A stretch of 64,000 nucleotides of DNA from Oculina patagonica (lineage: Eukaryota): positions 124,001 through 188,000 of the forward strand of contig NC_135766.1 of assembly GCF_052425735.1 (NCBI RefSeq). Reading direction: 5' to 3'. Every line of letters starts with the position of its first letter. Positions within the stretch are counted from its first letter, which is position 1. The translations under genes and the position numbers were made by a program. This document shows, piece after piece, positions 51,441 to 62,835 of the stretch. The notes beneath the pieces were generated by a model. The model had not been told where the DNA came from and made no database searches. It was given only the letters and a program-made list of their open reading frames with translations.

Positions 51441-51601
51441 TTAAGTCTATCTCTCAAGAAACTGTTACTCAGTAGAATTAATTTCAACACGCTATCAGCG
51501 ATATACATGGTCTTGAACCAGTTTTCATAACACCGCTCTTGTCAAATGTGAATTTGAATGGTGAGAAACTTTCTTCCTGTTCATATTTAACGAAACCATT
51601 A

Positions 51602-52750
51602 TTACAACTGGTGCTGTGTTTGCGGTGGTGCAGTACTCTCTCTACATGGCTCGTGCACGTGGCGATTGAATCGCTGCATTTCCTTTCCTTTATGGTTTTG
51701 ATTCCGACCACAAAAATTAAACCTTGAAGTAAATGCTTTCTTTAGAAAGGTGCGAAAACCCTTAATTTGCACCATGTATATTATTACGTTTATAACACTG
51801 TTTGAATATACTAGTAGCGCGCTGACCGCGCGTATGACAAAATCACTTTCAAAATCAAAAGTTATCTGAGTTGCCATGTTGTAAATAACATGAGCAAAAT
51901 AAAAGACATAAGGAAGAACAAAGGCAAATGTAAGAGTGACAATGATGGACGTACCGCGGATGGTTGCGGCTCTATACATCATTTTCAAAGCATTGTCTTG
52001 CTGAACGTCAACTCTTCGCCTTCCCAGCCTGGTCCATAAAGTTATTATAAGCGACACATTAATTCTGATTATAATACAACCAGGTAGAAAATATTGAATA
52101 ATTATATAACCTACAAACAGAATTCTAAACGGAAGATACTGGTTACCGTACTTGCAAACCACAGTGTAATGCGTGTCGTTTAAATCAAATCTTACACCAC
52201 TATAGGTCGCCGTTGGAAATAACGCAACGAAAGCACCTCCCAACCATGCAAAAATAACAATATTTTTTACAGTGTTGTGACTAAATGCGCTTGGAACTTT
52301 ACGTGTCGAAACATACCTTGCGATGCTAATAAATAACAAATTGTTCATAGTAACAGAAGGGAACACAATATTAAAATAACGAACTATGAAACAACTCCAA
52401 CCACTGTTAAAAACATCCAAATATAACTGACAGCATACGGGTGGTAGAGAAATAACATCACAAAGAACATCAGAGACAGCTAGACTCCTGATGTAAATGT
52501 AAAAGTTCTTTCCAAAAGCAGATGTATTCTTGGAATAAACGTCCCTCTTCTTTGATTTTAAAAAGCAGAGAACGAGAGTGTTCCCAACAAATCCCACTAT
52601 GCCCACCAATACCAGCAATGAGAACAACGCAATTCTGTTGGAAGACTGCAGCGGTGTGAATAAGAAAACTTTGCTTGTCAGTCGTGTTCCATTTGCAGCT
52701 GTCGATGAATTGTTTGTAGAAAAGATAGATGACGGCTTCAAACCATGCAT
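51602..52750 (-). CDS. Rhodopsin-like orphan GPCR (GPCR3), intact
   Basis: 382 aa, 7 TM, clear paralog of GPCR2; SIARY in place of the ERY motif; acceptor tcgtAG at 52779-52778. Confidence 0.92.
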   Translation of the reverse strand: MHGLKPSSIFSTNNSSTAANGTRLTSKVFLFTPLQSSNRIALFSLLVLVGIVGFVGNTLVLCFLKSKKRDVYSKNTSAFGKNFYIYIRSLAVSDVLCDVISLPPVCCQLYLDVFNSGWSCFIVRYFNIVFPSVTMNNLLFISIARYVSTRKVPSAFSHNTVKNIVIFAWLGGAFVALFPTATYSGVRFDLNDTHYTVVCKYGNQYLPFRILFVGYIIIQYFLPGCIIIRINVSLIITLWTRLGRRRVDVQQDNALKMMYRAATIRGTSIIVTLTFAFVLPYVFYFAHVIYNMATQITFDFESDFVIRAVSALLVYSNSVINVIIYMVQIKGFRTFLKKAFTSRFNFCGRNQNHKGKEMQRFNRHVHEPCRESTAPPQTQHQL

Positions 52751-52795
52751 TAGGGCATCTGTTGTGGCAAAAACGACCTACGATGCAAATACAGA

Positions 52796-53604
52796 TATAG
52801 AGGATATTACACGGCGGCGCGAAGATATGAATTTTATTTTCGAGTGGTAAAGCAATATTTTACGAATGAGCGCAGCGAATGAGTAAAATATTGCTTTTAC
52901 CACGAGAAAATAAAATTCATATCTTCAAGCCACCGTGTAATTTTCTTTTTATTATATAGACAAAAATCATGCATGAAGTAAAAGTTAAAACATTTTTATT
53001 AATCAAAAGCTTTTAAAAATGCGAGCGACGGCTAAATATAACCTGATTGAGCAAATTGCGAAACTGAAAGGCAAAATTTCGCGAACTGAAGCTTTCAGAA
53101 GATGTATAACGTAAATGTAAAAACATTCTGTTTATTAGCTTTCATCAATGTCACTGACAATAAATAATTCGCCGTTTTGAACTGATCTGTTTTTTGCTCA
53201 AACTCACCGCTTTTCTACTGATTTCTGATCGCGAAGTCTTGTAGTTCAGCAGCTGGAATTTCTTTATTTCCCTCCCTTCGTCTGACTTTCCACAAGCAAG
53301 AAGCTCTTTTAAATAATTTCAAGTCATATGAAGTTTTCTTCTTCGCGTTAGCACTTTCCTGCTCCTCAGTAAAAGCTTTTATTTTGACTTCAGTAAACTT
53401 TTTGAATCGCCGGATAGCTCGCCATTTCCAACCGGCATTGGCAGCTTTACACTGACAAACAGCCGTGCAAAAGCGGGAAATGACGTCATCGATATCCTCA
53501 CTAGTGAGGATACGGAAAATACGCTACTACAGTCCCGGATGCAGTTTCGTATGAATTTTACGAGTGGTCTATTTTCCAGTAAAACACTCGCGGCTATATC
53601 ATAA
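52796..53604 (-). mobile_element. Non-autonomous Crypton-like element with a decayed N-terminal coding remnant
   Basis: Long subterminal palindrome at 52807-52942. Minus-strand frameshifted remnant RRFKKFTEVKIKAFTEEQESANAKKKTSYDLKLFK/ELL...EGREI/KEIPAAELQDF resembles the region preceding the DUF3504/tyrosine-recombinase domain of Crypton-derived proteins. Confidence 0.6.
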
Positions 53605-54263
53605 AATACTGTTATCACATTCCGTTTTTTTTTTTAATTTCGATTTTTTTTTTCTGATTTGAAGTTTGGGGGAGGGGGTTTGAAGTTTACAGTACTAACC
53701 CTCTAACCTTTATGGGAACTGTATTATTGTTTTGTTAATTTTGCAGCCGATTTTGTGAAGCTGCGGTGTGTGTTTCTTATATTTGATTTTTTTTTACCTC
53801 CTACAAGCGAGGATTTATATGGGCTAAAAATGATAGTGCAGATATGGACAATTTCCTGTTTACGAACAACCGACTGGCTATGCAAATTAAGCGAATTTCG
53901 ACAATAATTTATGAAGCATCTGGGGCAGCTGTAAAGCTGTAAAGCAACCAATTTTTTTTTTTGTGTACAGAAAAGTTAGGCTTTACTTCAACACAATATA
54001 TTCGTGTAGATGTCGTGTGTCGTTTTTAAAACTGATTTCAAGGGTTCCTAGTAAAAAAAATCGCACGTTATAGTTATAAACAAAAGCCTTTAAATGGCGC
54101 CCCGTCAACTACGATATTTCTTATACTGTCAAAAAGAATAAACATAAACCCCATCAAGTAATTTAACTGAGATAACGAGAAAGGCTACGGAAAACTACAT
54201 GATGCCAGCAAAAAAAAAAAAAAATTGGAACAGCGATTTATACCACCATCAGAAACAAGTTAA

Positions 54264-54654
54264 AGGGACCGTGTCACGGATTTTAGCCAAACTTAGGCAT
54301 AGGAAATGACCATCAAATTTGTTTAAATGTATAAAATAACCTCTTAAAACAGTGAAGGAACATTTAAATAACACACCGAATGCAAAAGAAGGTACGGATG
54401 GCCAAAAGTGTCGAAGATTGAAACGGATTGCGATGTGGGCTTTTGAATATGGTCCGGCGGAACAGTTTTCAAAGTTAATCTTGTCTTCTTGTAACTTTAA
54501 TTTATGACGCCCGGGAGACACATTTGGCTGCAATGAAGCTATGGTTTTGTCATTTAGAATCATAGAATTAATTTCTTTGCAAACATTAAGTTTCATAGCG
54601 AATATTTGGCAAAATTTAATAACATAAGATTAACTTAGCCGTGACACAGTCCCT
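54264..54654. mobile_element. TTAA-flanked (Kolobok-like) MITE
   Basis: TTAA|agggaccgtgtcacgg ... ccgtgacacagtccct|TTAA; same orientation as 51049-51440. Confidence 0.85.
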
Positions 54655-55528
54655 TTAAGCACTAAAACAGATTCGTAAAAAGTCGCCGAAGGATATACAC
54701 CACGTGGTATAAACTCTCAAACGCCAACTAAACAGATCGATATGTTATCCCTAAAAAAACCTGTTATTCCATTGCTGAGCTCACAACTTCGAGACTGGCA
54801 CGCGCAACAAACGCTTACTATAAAGGCGCTTTCCATTAGTCAGAAATAGCCGGTCAATTCGGAAGTAATAGCCGGTCAATTCCGCGGCACTGAATGTGAA
54901 ATGGGCCTTGTCCACGACATTTTCCAAGAAGTGCATTGACTGATTTCACAGGAAAAATCTGAGTAACAACGGAATTCTGCTCCCGAATATACTGTTTGAC
55001 CAGCTTGTTCTGATTACTAATAACCGCTTCTAGTCTTCCTGTTCATTCTTTACAAAAGAACAAACCAAAGCAAGGAGCTTCGGGAGGTTAAAATGTCTCG
55101 AGTTAAATTATAAAGCTGAGCTTACCACAAACACGTCTTGACTTGACGTCGAGCTGCAAAGAATGAGCAAGAGTTCTGTATGACGCAGGAAGTCACATGA
55201 TAATCCTACTAGAGGGGACGGAAATTAATTAACAGCTCCATCCCCATATCAAACCCCGGCCCCGAGAACACATTTTCAACAAGGTTTAATCTGTGTTTTT
55301 TTCCTGGTAAATGTCAAATCAGTGCAAGAGTTTACAACTTCAGTTAATTGTTAAGTTTTAACACGGCCAACTTAGCCATTTAAAATACAGTCCGACCTCT
55401 AAAAAAAAAACGAACAAGACCAAATACGAACCATCGGCTCAACATTGTCTGTGTATCCCCCAGAAAAAACATCAGTTATTTCTTTTTTTTCTACATTAAC
55501 GAAGAAAAGCAATTGAGTATAAACTCAC

Positions 55529-55600
55529 CTTCAGCGGACGGCCGCCATGTTCCTCATCACACCATCCTCCAGCAAGTGCAGTTAGGAAAGCGGGCTAGAT
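55529..55600 (-). other. Candidate first exon (of the MS4A-like gene or of GPCR3)
   Basis: AACATGGCGGCC (YY1-type, start-like context) followed by the donor AAG|GTGAGT at 55528. Confidence 0.45.
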
Positions 55601-56214
55601 CAAGTTCTACTCTGGATCAACACTGTACCACAGTATATACTGAAATGTGCGAACTGAAACGCCCTCTGCCGCTCTAGTACCACTTGAAATAGTGAGTAAC
55701 CCGCCGAGATTATTCTTAGATGCAAATTTGAGTACGAGTACAAAAAATACACAACAACCTATCCTGCCAAATGTTTTCCAGATAAATTGTAGATAAACTC
55801 GCAACGTTTGGCAGCGTTTTGTTGAATGTTGAAAAAGTTAAAAGCGTTCAAAGTCATTGCGGGCCTCACAAGCTCCCCCCCCCCTCCCAGGTCTTAACAG
55901 GGTTAAACCTTGAGGTTTAAACCATGTTAACACATCACCTTTAATGCTAGAGACAAATTAGCAGCAAAACGTTCTGTTGAACCTAGCTAGAATATTAAAC
56001 ACAGGGTCATTTAACTCTGTGTAAAGTGTATATTTCTTTTTTTAACGCAGCGGAAACAACAAACGCGTTTGGTTTTCGGGTTGACGAAAAAAAATTCCTT
56101 TGGGGTGGTAAACTCTACATTGTATAGATAACGCGAACACTTAGCCTTGCTTAGAAGCTGTGTACAAGTTACACAAAATGGCTTTCGAAGTAATTTTCTC
56201 GTTAATAATTAAGA

Positions 56215-56244
56215 TTATGATCATGATAATGACGATAATGATAA

Positions 56245-56279
<35 letters not shown>

Positions 56280-56322
56280 GGACGACGACGACGACGACAA
56301 CGATGATGACGATGATGATGAT
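56215..56322. repeat. (GAT)n/(GAC)n microsatellite
   Basis: Direct read; it explains the poly-His ORF 56141..56377. Confidence 0.85.
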
Positions 56323-56768
56323 ATATTTTATTATAAGCTAAATCCAAACTTCTGTTAAGGTTACAGGCTCGTTGCAAACTAATAAGGTCTTTTCTTTAAG
56401 GAACACTAGCCAGATGGACAAGTTAAGTCTTTTAAATTACTTTGAGGCTGAGTTCAAAATGACAGGATGTGAGTTTCCTGTATATCACAGCTAATCCAGT
56501 ATGTTTACATTAAAATTATAAACTAGACAAAGCAGATACTGTTGTTGGGCTCCATATTTTGGTTAGAAGTTGTCTAAAAAAATAACTTGCTTTTGGTTAT
56601 TTTGTCTTCTATGTTCACCTGCAGCTGCATCCTACAAAAAAACACAATAAAAGTTTTGGCATTCGCAATATTATATGAATTGAAAGAGACAAGTAACTAG
56701 GACAAGATTTATTTTAAAAGTTAAAAATCACCCTCTAAATAATAAACTAGTCCGCGGCCTTTGACTTA

Positions 56769-57005
56769 GGCCCCGTCCACACTGATCCGGGTAAATTTGA
56801 AAACGCATCTTTTTTCCCCAGTTAGGCCAACCGTCCACACTGAAAAGGCGTTTTCGGTCACCGAAAACGGTACTTTTCAAAGACGTTCACCAATGAAGCG
56901 TATCGTTTTCAAATTGACCCGGGTTAATGCGGACGGAAAGCATTTTACTCGGCGTTTTCAAATTTCTTCGTTTTTAAATTTACCCGGATCAGTGTGTACG
57001 GGGCC
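56769..57005. mobile_element. PIF/Harbinger-like MITE
   Basis: TTA|ggccccgtccacactgatccgggtaaattt ... aaatttacccggatcagtgtgtacggggcc|TTA. Confidence 0.85.
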
Positions 57006-57290
57006 TTAGACGAATTTTCTCGGATTCGGCGTTTATTTAATTCAAACTTAGCCTGGTGGCCTGGCGTTTATTTGTCATCTGCAGTTTATTTGAGACCGGT
57101 GTTCATATTCCTATATTCCTATAACTCATGATACCTAAAATTAACACCTGAGGGGCCTATTTTCAACTGCACGTTAGAGACCCAACATTTATTTGCACCG
57201 TAGAGACCCGACGATTAATCGAGCAAATACGATAATGGCAAAAACGCGGAATTTACGCTGTATAGAAAATTGCTGTTTAGAAAATAAAGA

Positions 57291-57748
57291 AGAAGAAGAA
57301 GAAGAAGAAGAAGAAGAAGAAGAAGAAGAAGAAGAGTGCCTTTATTTAAACAGGGCTGCTCTTTCAGTAATTATAAATTACAAAATTACTGCTACCAATA
57401 GAGGCCCTATAAGGATGAAAACTTCATTATTACATTACAATAAGGATAATATTTAAAACGACATTACAAGTTCATTTAATTTAAAAATTTACAAGTTTTC
57501 ATTTCAAAATTTACAACTACAGGTTTTCATTAAAAACTTTACAACCATGGTAATAAAATGCTTTCTTCGTAGATTCTAATTTTACAAAAGGCAGTCTAAG
57601 ATAATTACTTTGCCTGGTAGTTCTACTTAAAACATCTTTATTAAATTTAAAATAGTCAATAAAAAATTGTGGGTATTTCTTGTTGATACATTTCTTCACT
57701 AAAGACAGTACGTGCTTCTCTCGCCTGGTTTTTAAGGTATCATATCTT
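57291..57748 (-). mobile_element. L2/CR1-group LINE 3' fragment with (TTC)n tail
   Basis: RREKHVLSLVKKCINKKYPQFFIDYF...RTTRQSNYLRLPFVKLESTKKAFYYHGCKVFN*, aataaa, then a (TTC) run; candidate TSD aaataaaga at 57282-57290 and 57749-57757. Confidence 0.75.
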
Positions 57749-58745
57749 AAATAAAGAGTGAGCATTGGAGCAGTGCTCCCCAGCGATCCCAAGGGGCACA
57801 TAGTGGAGCCCCATTACCATATAAACAGTAGAATAATGCGAGCGCAGATATAGGAAAACCATGCTTTATTTTTTACGGTAATCATGGCAAGAGCCATGGA
57901 TCGCGGAAGCGTACACCTTTGGTCCGTTCGTATGTTGACGTCAAGCAACATGGCGTTCATACTCCACGGTAAGGTTAGGTTAAAGTTAAAGTCGGCCTAA
58001 ACCTTTTATATTGTACATCCATATTATTGAAAATTGACAGCTGTCGAAAAATGGTACGCAAAAACCAGTGCAAGGTAATAAAAATCTGACATCTGATATC
58101 TGACTATATCGCGGGTGCAGGTGAAGAGGTCATCGAGGCTATGCGATTTTTTGAAGTTGACCGTAGACAAGTGATGGTTTTCCATTGGATTGCGGGATCA
58201 AGGTCTATTTTCCCCCGTCTATATGGTGTGTTAACCGTCTGACGTTCAAGGAATCTTCCCACCCTCACCATTGTACATTGTTTAAATAAAGGGCAAGGTA
58301 AATAAGAGGGGAGCTCTGTTTTCAGGTTTGGTTATTTATTTCCATTTACTAGGTCACTGTTTAAAAATAGAACATCGGTTGAGTGGTTGCATTTCATTTC
58401 CTTTTTTTCCCGCAAATTTAACTAGGTTGTTATTTCAAACATTTCCATTTTCACTCAAGCCAGAAATGGCATAACGGAAAAAAAGGAGCATTTCATGTAT
58501 GAGCAAAGCAAGGTTTAGATAAAGTATTCTAGTATTGTCTCGCAAAGGAGCATGCACTTGACGGACGTCACCACAAAAACAAATTCATTAACAAATGTTG
58601 ACTTTAAACTAAAAAAACTTCATCACTTTACAGTTGCTTCGCATTCTCTGTTAGCTGACGCACCGTAATAAAAAATTCCAACTTTTTTTTTTTTTTAAGG
58701 AAAGCCTGCATATTTAACATAATTCAGGTAAAATTTATTCCTTAA

Positions 58746-58850
58746 CCCTATTCAGACCGGGTTTGTTTGACCTTCTCTGACCGGGCGGGAGGGGGGGGGG
58801 GGAGCCCCCCTCTATATAATCACAATGAAACTTATAGGATGTTAGTATTA
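58746..58850. mobile_element. Truncated piggyBac-like MITE end (opposite orientation to 36554-37110)
   Basis: TTAA|ccctattcagaccggg...gaaacttataggatgt. Confidence 0.6.
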
Positions 58851-59530
58851 CACTTTCTTTTGGTTGTTGTGGTTGTTTTTGTTTGGCGGGGGCGAAAAAA
58901 AAAAAAAAAAAAATAGGTTCCAAGTGCGCTTAGATTATACTTACGAGCTCTATATGAAGCCAAGTAATATCACAACAAGATGTTAATTAGGCCAAGGGCA
59001 TAAGTTTGACAACAGGAAATGTCGTGTTTAGTGCATAGTTGTGTGGGTTAAGAGCATTTTAGCGCAGCACGAAGTACAAGGTCATGTGGTGTCGGGTTCT
59101 TTAATGTCGTTTATTATATAAACTGCGGTTGTTTATTGGGATTTTGACCACCGAGGAAAACAGTATCTCAACGTGAGTAAAATTACGATATTTTTTTACG
59201 CGTGTGTTCTACGCGCGACCATGTATTATTCTCTATGTAAAGCAGAGCAGTGCAAATTTATAGCAAAAAATAAAGCGTAAAGTACACAGTCAGGTTGCTG
59301 TGGGCGTTAAGAATTTAAAGAGTTGTGTAAAAAGTATTTCAGATATTTTATTGCCATGATTGTCACATTAACTATGCTTTATTATTTTTTTTTTAATTAC
59401 AAACTTTACAATATATAAGTTCCATTTGAAATAACAATACAACATGAATGCTCTGTATGTACAAAGCATACAGTCGAATGGTTTTACTTCCTTGGCGCCT
59501 TGTTGAATAACATGTGAAAATGTCATCGAT

Positions 59531-59929
59531 CAGGGGCACCCATCGAGAATATAGTTCTAAACCACTTAAAGATAGCACCGTTGAACGTATTTTAGCATTT
59601 AAACGGTAGATATAGGCATATTTTATCCCCTAAATTTTTTTTATCTGTTCGGATTTCCTAGCTGAAAGTCTAGTGATCCGAAAGTTATAGGAATCAAAAC
59701 TTACCTTTTCGAAAAAATTCCAGCCAGAGAAAGGCTCCCGGAAATTCTAGGCGACCTTTTTAGAGTAAAAATCCGTTTAAAATGAATAATTATACCATTT
59801 TTTAGATATTCGAAAATCCTAGGAAAGGCAGGCAAGCAAAAAAATTTACAATGAATGTTCCGAAAATTCTAGATCTCAAATCGTCTTTCGAACAGATATT
59901 TTAACGAAATATTCAGTTGGGTGCCCCTG
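59531..59929. mobile_element. hAT-like MITE (CAGGGG...CCCCTG) with 6-bp TSD
   Basis: atcgat|caggggcaccca ... tgggtgcccctg|atcgat. Confidence 0.75.
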
Positions 59930-60112
59930 ATCGATGACATTATAAAATCCTTGTAGTAAACTCTCGGAGTACAGTTGTTCCGTATTAATTGCAAGTAGGG
60001 CAAAAGAAATTGGTACGAGCCAGCATAAATATTATATTATATAAATATTATCGCTATCGACAACATTCATCTTTTATGAGTAAATTTCGTCACTAGAGAG
60101 AACATGCTACGC

Positions 60113-60346
60113 CCTGGGACAGGTCTCTAGAATTTCCCGAAAAGTTTCCGCACACGGAAAGCCATAGCAAAATTCAATCCCTTATGATTACAGAGTTAAT
60201 TTATTCACGTTGTTTTTAATATGACGAGAAGCATCTTTCATACACAAGTTTCTGGCCTATACTCTACTTTATTTTTAAGATACAGATATTGAAAGATAAC
60301 ATTACGGCGCGGAAAGTTTCCGGGGGTTTCGAGAAACAGTCCCCAG
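60113..60346. mobile_element. Degraded MITE
   Basis: Imperfect TIRs ctgggacaggtctctagaa / ttcgagaaacagtccccag. Confidence 0.5.
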
Positions 60347-60445
60347 GAGCTTACTCATTTTAATACTAAGGTAGCTGCAATCGGTGTTGTCCTTCAAGTG
60401 ACATTTTCGTTTGTTTGTTATCCACTGTTCGTGGCATATGGATTG

Positions 60446-61528
60446 CTACATCACACATAGTGTTTGGTTTGTTTTTTTCTTGCCTACAAACCTTGGAGTA
60501 AATGTTTTCTTTACAAATGTTCGAAAACCCTTAATTTGCACCATGTATATTATTACGTCTATAACACTATTTGAATATACAACTAGCGCGCTTCCTGCGC
60601 GTATGACAAAATCACTCTAAAAATCAAGCGTAATCTGAGTTGCCATGTTGTAGATAACTTGAGCAAAATAAAACAAATAAGGAAGAACAAAAGAAAATGT
60701 AAGAGTAATTATGATGGACGTACCGCGGATAATAGCGGTTTTATACATCATGTTTAACGAGTTGTCTCGCGGAATATCCACTTTTCTTTTTCTCAGCCTT
60801 GTCCATAAAGTTATTATAAGGGAAACATTAATTCTTATTATAATACAACCAGGTATAACGTATTGAATAATTATATAACTTACAAACATAACTCTAAAGG
60901 AAAGATACTGGTTATCGTACTTGCAAACTACAGTGTAATGGGTACCGTTCAAATCGAATCGCACCCCTCTATAGGTTGCGGCTGGAAATAACACAACGAA
61001 AAAACCTGCTAACCATGCAAAAATTACAATCTTTTTCACAGTAGAATGTCTTAAAGTGCGCGGAACTTTACGTGTCGCATAATACCTCTCAAGGCTGATG
61101 AATAACAAGTTGTTCATAGTAACAGAAGGGAACAAGATATTTAAATAACGAACTATTCTACAACCCCAACCACGATTAAAAACATCAAAGTACAACTGAC
61201 AGCATATTGGTGGAATGCAAGTAACAACACTAAGAACATCGGAGATTGCTAGACTCCTTATGTAAACGTGGAAGTTCTTTTCGAAGGCAGAGGTTTTCAT
61301 GAAATACGGTTTCCTTTTCTTCGTCTTTACGAAACAGAGAACGAGAATGTTTCCCACAAATCCTAGTATGCCTACTGACACCAGCAGTAGTAACAATGGA
61401 AGTCTGGAAGAAGACTGCAGTGGACTATAGACGAAGACTTTGCTTGCCATTCCTGTTCTATTTGCAGCTATTGAGCAGTTGGTGGCAGGAAGGATTTGCG
61501 ACAGCTTCATATTTTGCCGATGGTGCAT
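60446..61528 (-). pseudogene. Rhodopsin-like orphan GPCR (GPCR4) with a premature stop before TM7
   Basis: ORF intact to ...QITLDF, TAG at 60619-60617 (Glu in paralogs, DFE), then in frame SDFVIRAGSALVVYSNSVIDVIIYMVQIKGFRTFVKKTFTPRF...* (60448-60446). ATG 61528 follows the acceptor ttgttAG. Confidence 0.8.
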
Positions 61529-62835
61529 CTGCCCTAACAAAAACAGAACACCATTTGTAAACAAGTCGTATCGACTAAGGTGGATAGTGAAGAAGATTAG
61601 CTAAGATAAAAAAGGTTTTGAAGCAAGAACGAATAGATGGTGGCTTCCTTAGAGGGCTGTCCAAAACATTTTTTTTTTCTTTTTTCAAGACGGAATTTGT
61701 GGAAAATCACATTACTGAAGTACTTACGTATAAGATAGCTTGAACTTTGTACTTCGAAGATTGTTGTAATCTGAGGACAATTCACGGAAATAACCTTTCC
61801 ACGGTTAACAATAAATCACTTTGCTATTAACTGAAACAGAAAAAAGATGAGAGACATGCGAACTGTGGTCTTGTTTTTTTTTTTGTTTGAGAAACTGCAT
61901 ATTTGCTGCGAATTTCTTATCTTTCATAACTCAACATTTCCACACATCGTTAACGACTTATCCATACATTACACAATAACTTGTGAAAGTACATGAACAA
62001 TTCTAAAGACTACTTCTTTCGTTTAATATTTCCAATAAAACAAAGCGATTTTCCACGTTGCTCCGAAAATCCTAAATCAAATTTACATTCAAAACTATAC
62101 AAACAATGTTTATAAGATGCTTTTTTCTTCTTTTGCTATAAAACATGGGTTATATTTGTTTGGGTGTGTACCATTCTTGCTTCAGTAACAGTTGTTTTAT
62201 AAAGTGCTGAGCCAGGAATTCATGTATTACAACTCCTCTTTTGACCTTCGTGCAGTTTAACATGTACCAGTTATCCAAGCTGCAAGCTGTGCGAGCTAAA
62301 GCCAACCTGTTATATGTGACCTGAATATATACCAGAGAAATAAGATTAAAAGAAGACGTTTCTTGATTATCGACGTTAGGTTTGTCACTTTGCTCTTTTC
62401 TTCGATGCCATGAAACTTACAAAAACATACTTAGCCTGACTTTGCAGCTAAGTGCAAAATGATAGCGCCGTCTTCGCCTAACTTAACACCCTTTTACAAG
62501 ACGAAACGAACTGACAACCAGAGTTTAGTTGCCCTTCATATCACGACAATTTAACCATATTTTTCTTGCATTACGATTGCGGCAAAGACGCGAGTCTCAT
62601 CTTTTTTTTGCTCTCGACCGTTCTCATCGTGGTAATCTTCCCTGTTGTGTATTTTTTACAACTAAGGGTCATTTTAACGGTGAAATATTTATTTCTGTCA
62701 TACATTTACCTCTTTGACGATCTTTTAACGTTAGTTGAACAGCATCTGCTCCTTAACCAGTTAATTTAAGGGACTTACTCTGATTCGATACTACCCCCTT
62801 TGCCAAAAAGGCCAATCCAAAACTAAAACTTTTTT

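Noticed and set aside
56141-57456. Poly-His and poly-Glu ORFs
   Set aside because: Translations of (GAT)n and (GAA)n microsatellites; the latter is a LINE tail.
5890-60619. Many in-frame TAG/TAA codons in otherwise good frames, suggesting stop-codon reassignment or programmed readthrough
   Set aside because: The residues they appear to replace differ (Gln, Glu, probably Tyr), TAA/TAG serve as normal terminators in intact genes here, and GPCR1 also has a frameshift. Ordinary nonsense mutation explains them.
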